Virus record (IMG/VR): IMGVR_UViG_3300037067_009690 | Span: 20,250-84,249 of that record | Reading direction: 5' to 3' (one strand) | DNA length: 64,000 bases | DNA from: a virus | Taxonomy: Duplodnaviria > Caudoviricetes | Part shown: one piece after another, positions 63,987 to 64,000 of the stretch | How positions within the stretch are numbered: position 1 is the stretch's first letter | Layout: every line of letters begins with the position of its first letter | Translations under genes and position numbers: made by a program | Notes under the pieces: model-generated | Told to the model about the DNA's origin: nothing | The model's input: the letters and a program-made list of their open reading frames with translations, nothing else | The model's database searches: none

Positions 63987-64000
63987 AGCAGCCGCCCCCA

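Noticed and set aside
1-64000. Integrase, attP, ParA, terminase or major capsid genes
   Set aside because: No tyrosine/serine recombinase, ParA, terminase or HK97 capsid motifs recognised; they probably lie outside this window, so lifestyle cannot be fixed

Overview
This is a 64-kb slice of a high-GC (about 68-70% by eye) siphovirus or prophage of a filamentous, sporulating actinomycete. The host inference rests on SsgA-like, Lsr2, WhiB, DUF397 and TraB genes. Layout: (1) 1-8.3 kb, plus-strand accessory genes (PNKP, DUF5131, HNH). (2) 8.4-15.5 kb, a Streptomyces-plasmid-type transfer module: TraB translocase, DUF2637/SpdB-like protein, TraA-like protein, divergent GntR regulator and a candidate clt repeat cluster. 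(3) 15.5-21.9 kb, small early genes with conserved promoters and stem-loops. (4) 22.0-23.6 kb, a low-GC cassette with a Cas7/RAMP-like gene, a wHTH gene and three non-coding GGY-NN pentamer arrays that share a 3' tail; one array is preceded by a tRNA-like minihelix. This is the best candidate for an RNA-guided system (VIPR-like). (5) 23.7-37.9 kb, replication, recombination and regulation: Orn, lambda-O-like Rep with iterons, WhiB, LexA-like DNA-binding protein, SMC-like ATPase, RecT-like, RecE-like. (6) 38-45.5 kb, an HNH gene flanked by twin 25-bp palindromes, then ASCH, SsgA, DUF397, Lsr2 and secreted proteins. (7) 45.7-64 kb, minus-strand lysis and tail/head genes, including a tape measure protein whose NlpC/P60 motif is split by a LAGLIDADG intein. 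No integrase, terminase, portal or major capsid gene was recognised in the window. All family calls come from motif recognition by eye; no database searches were run.
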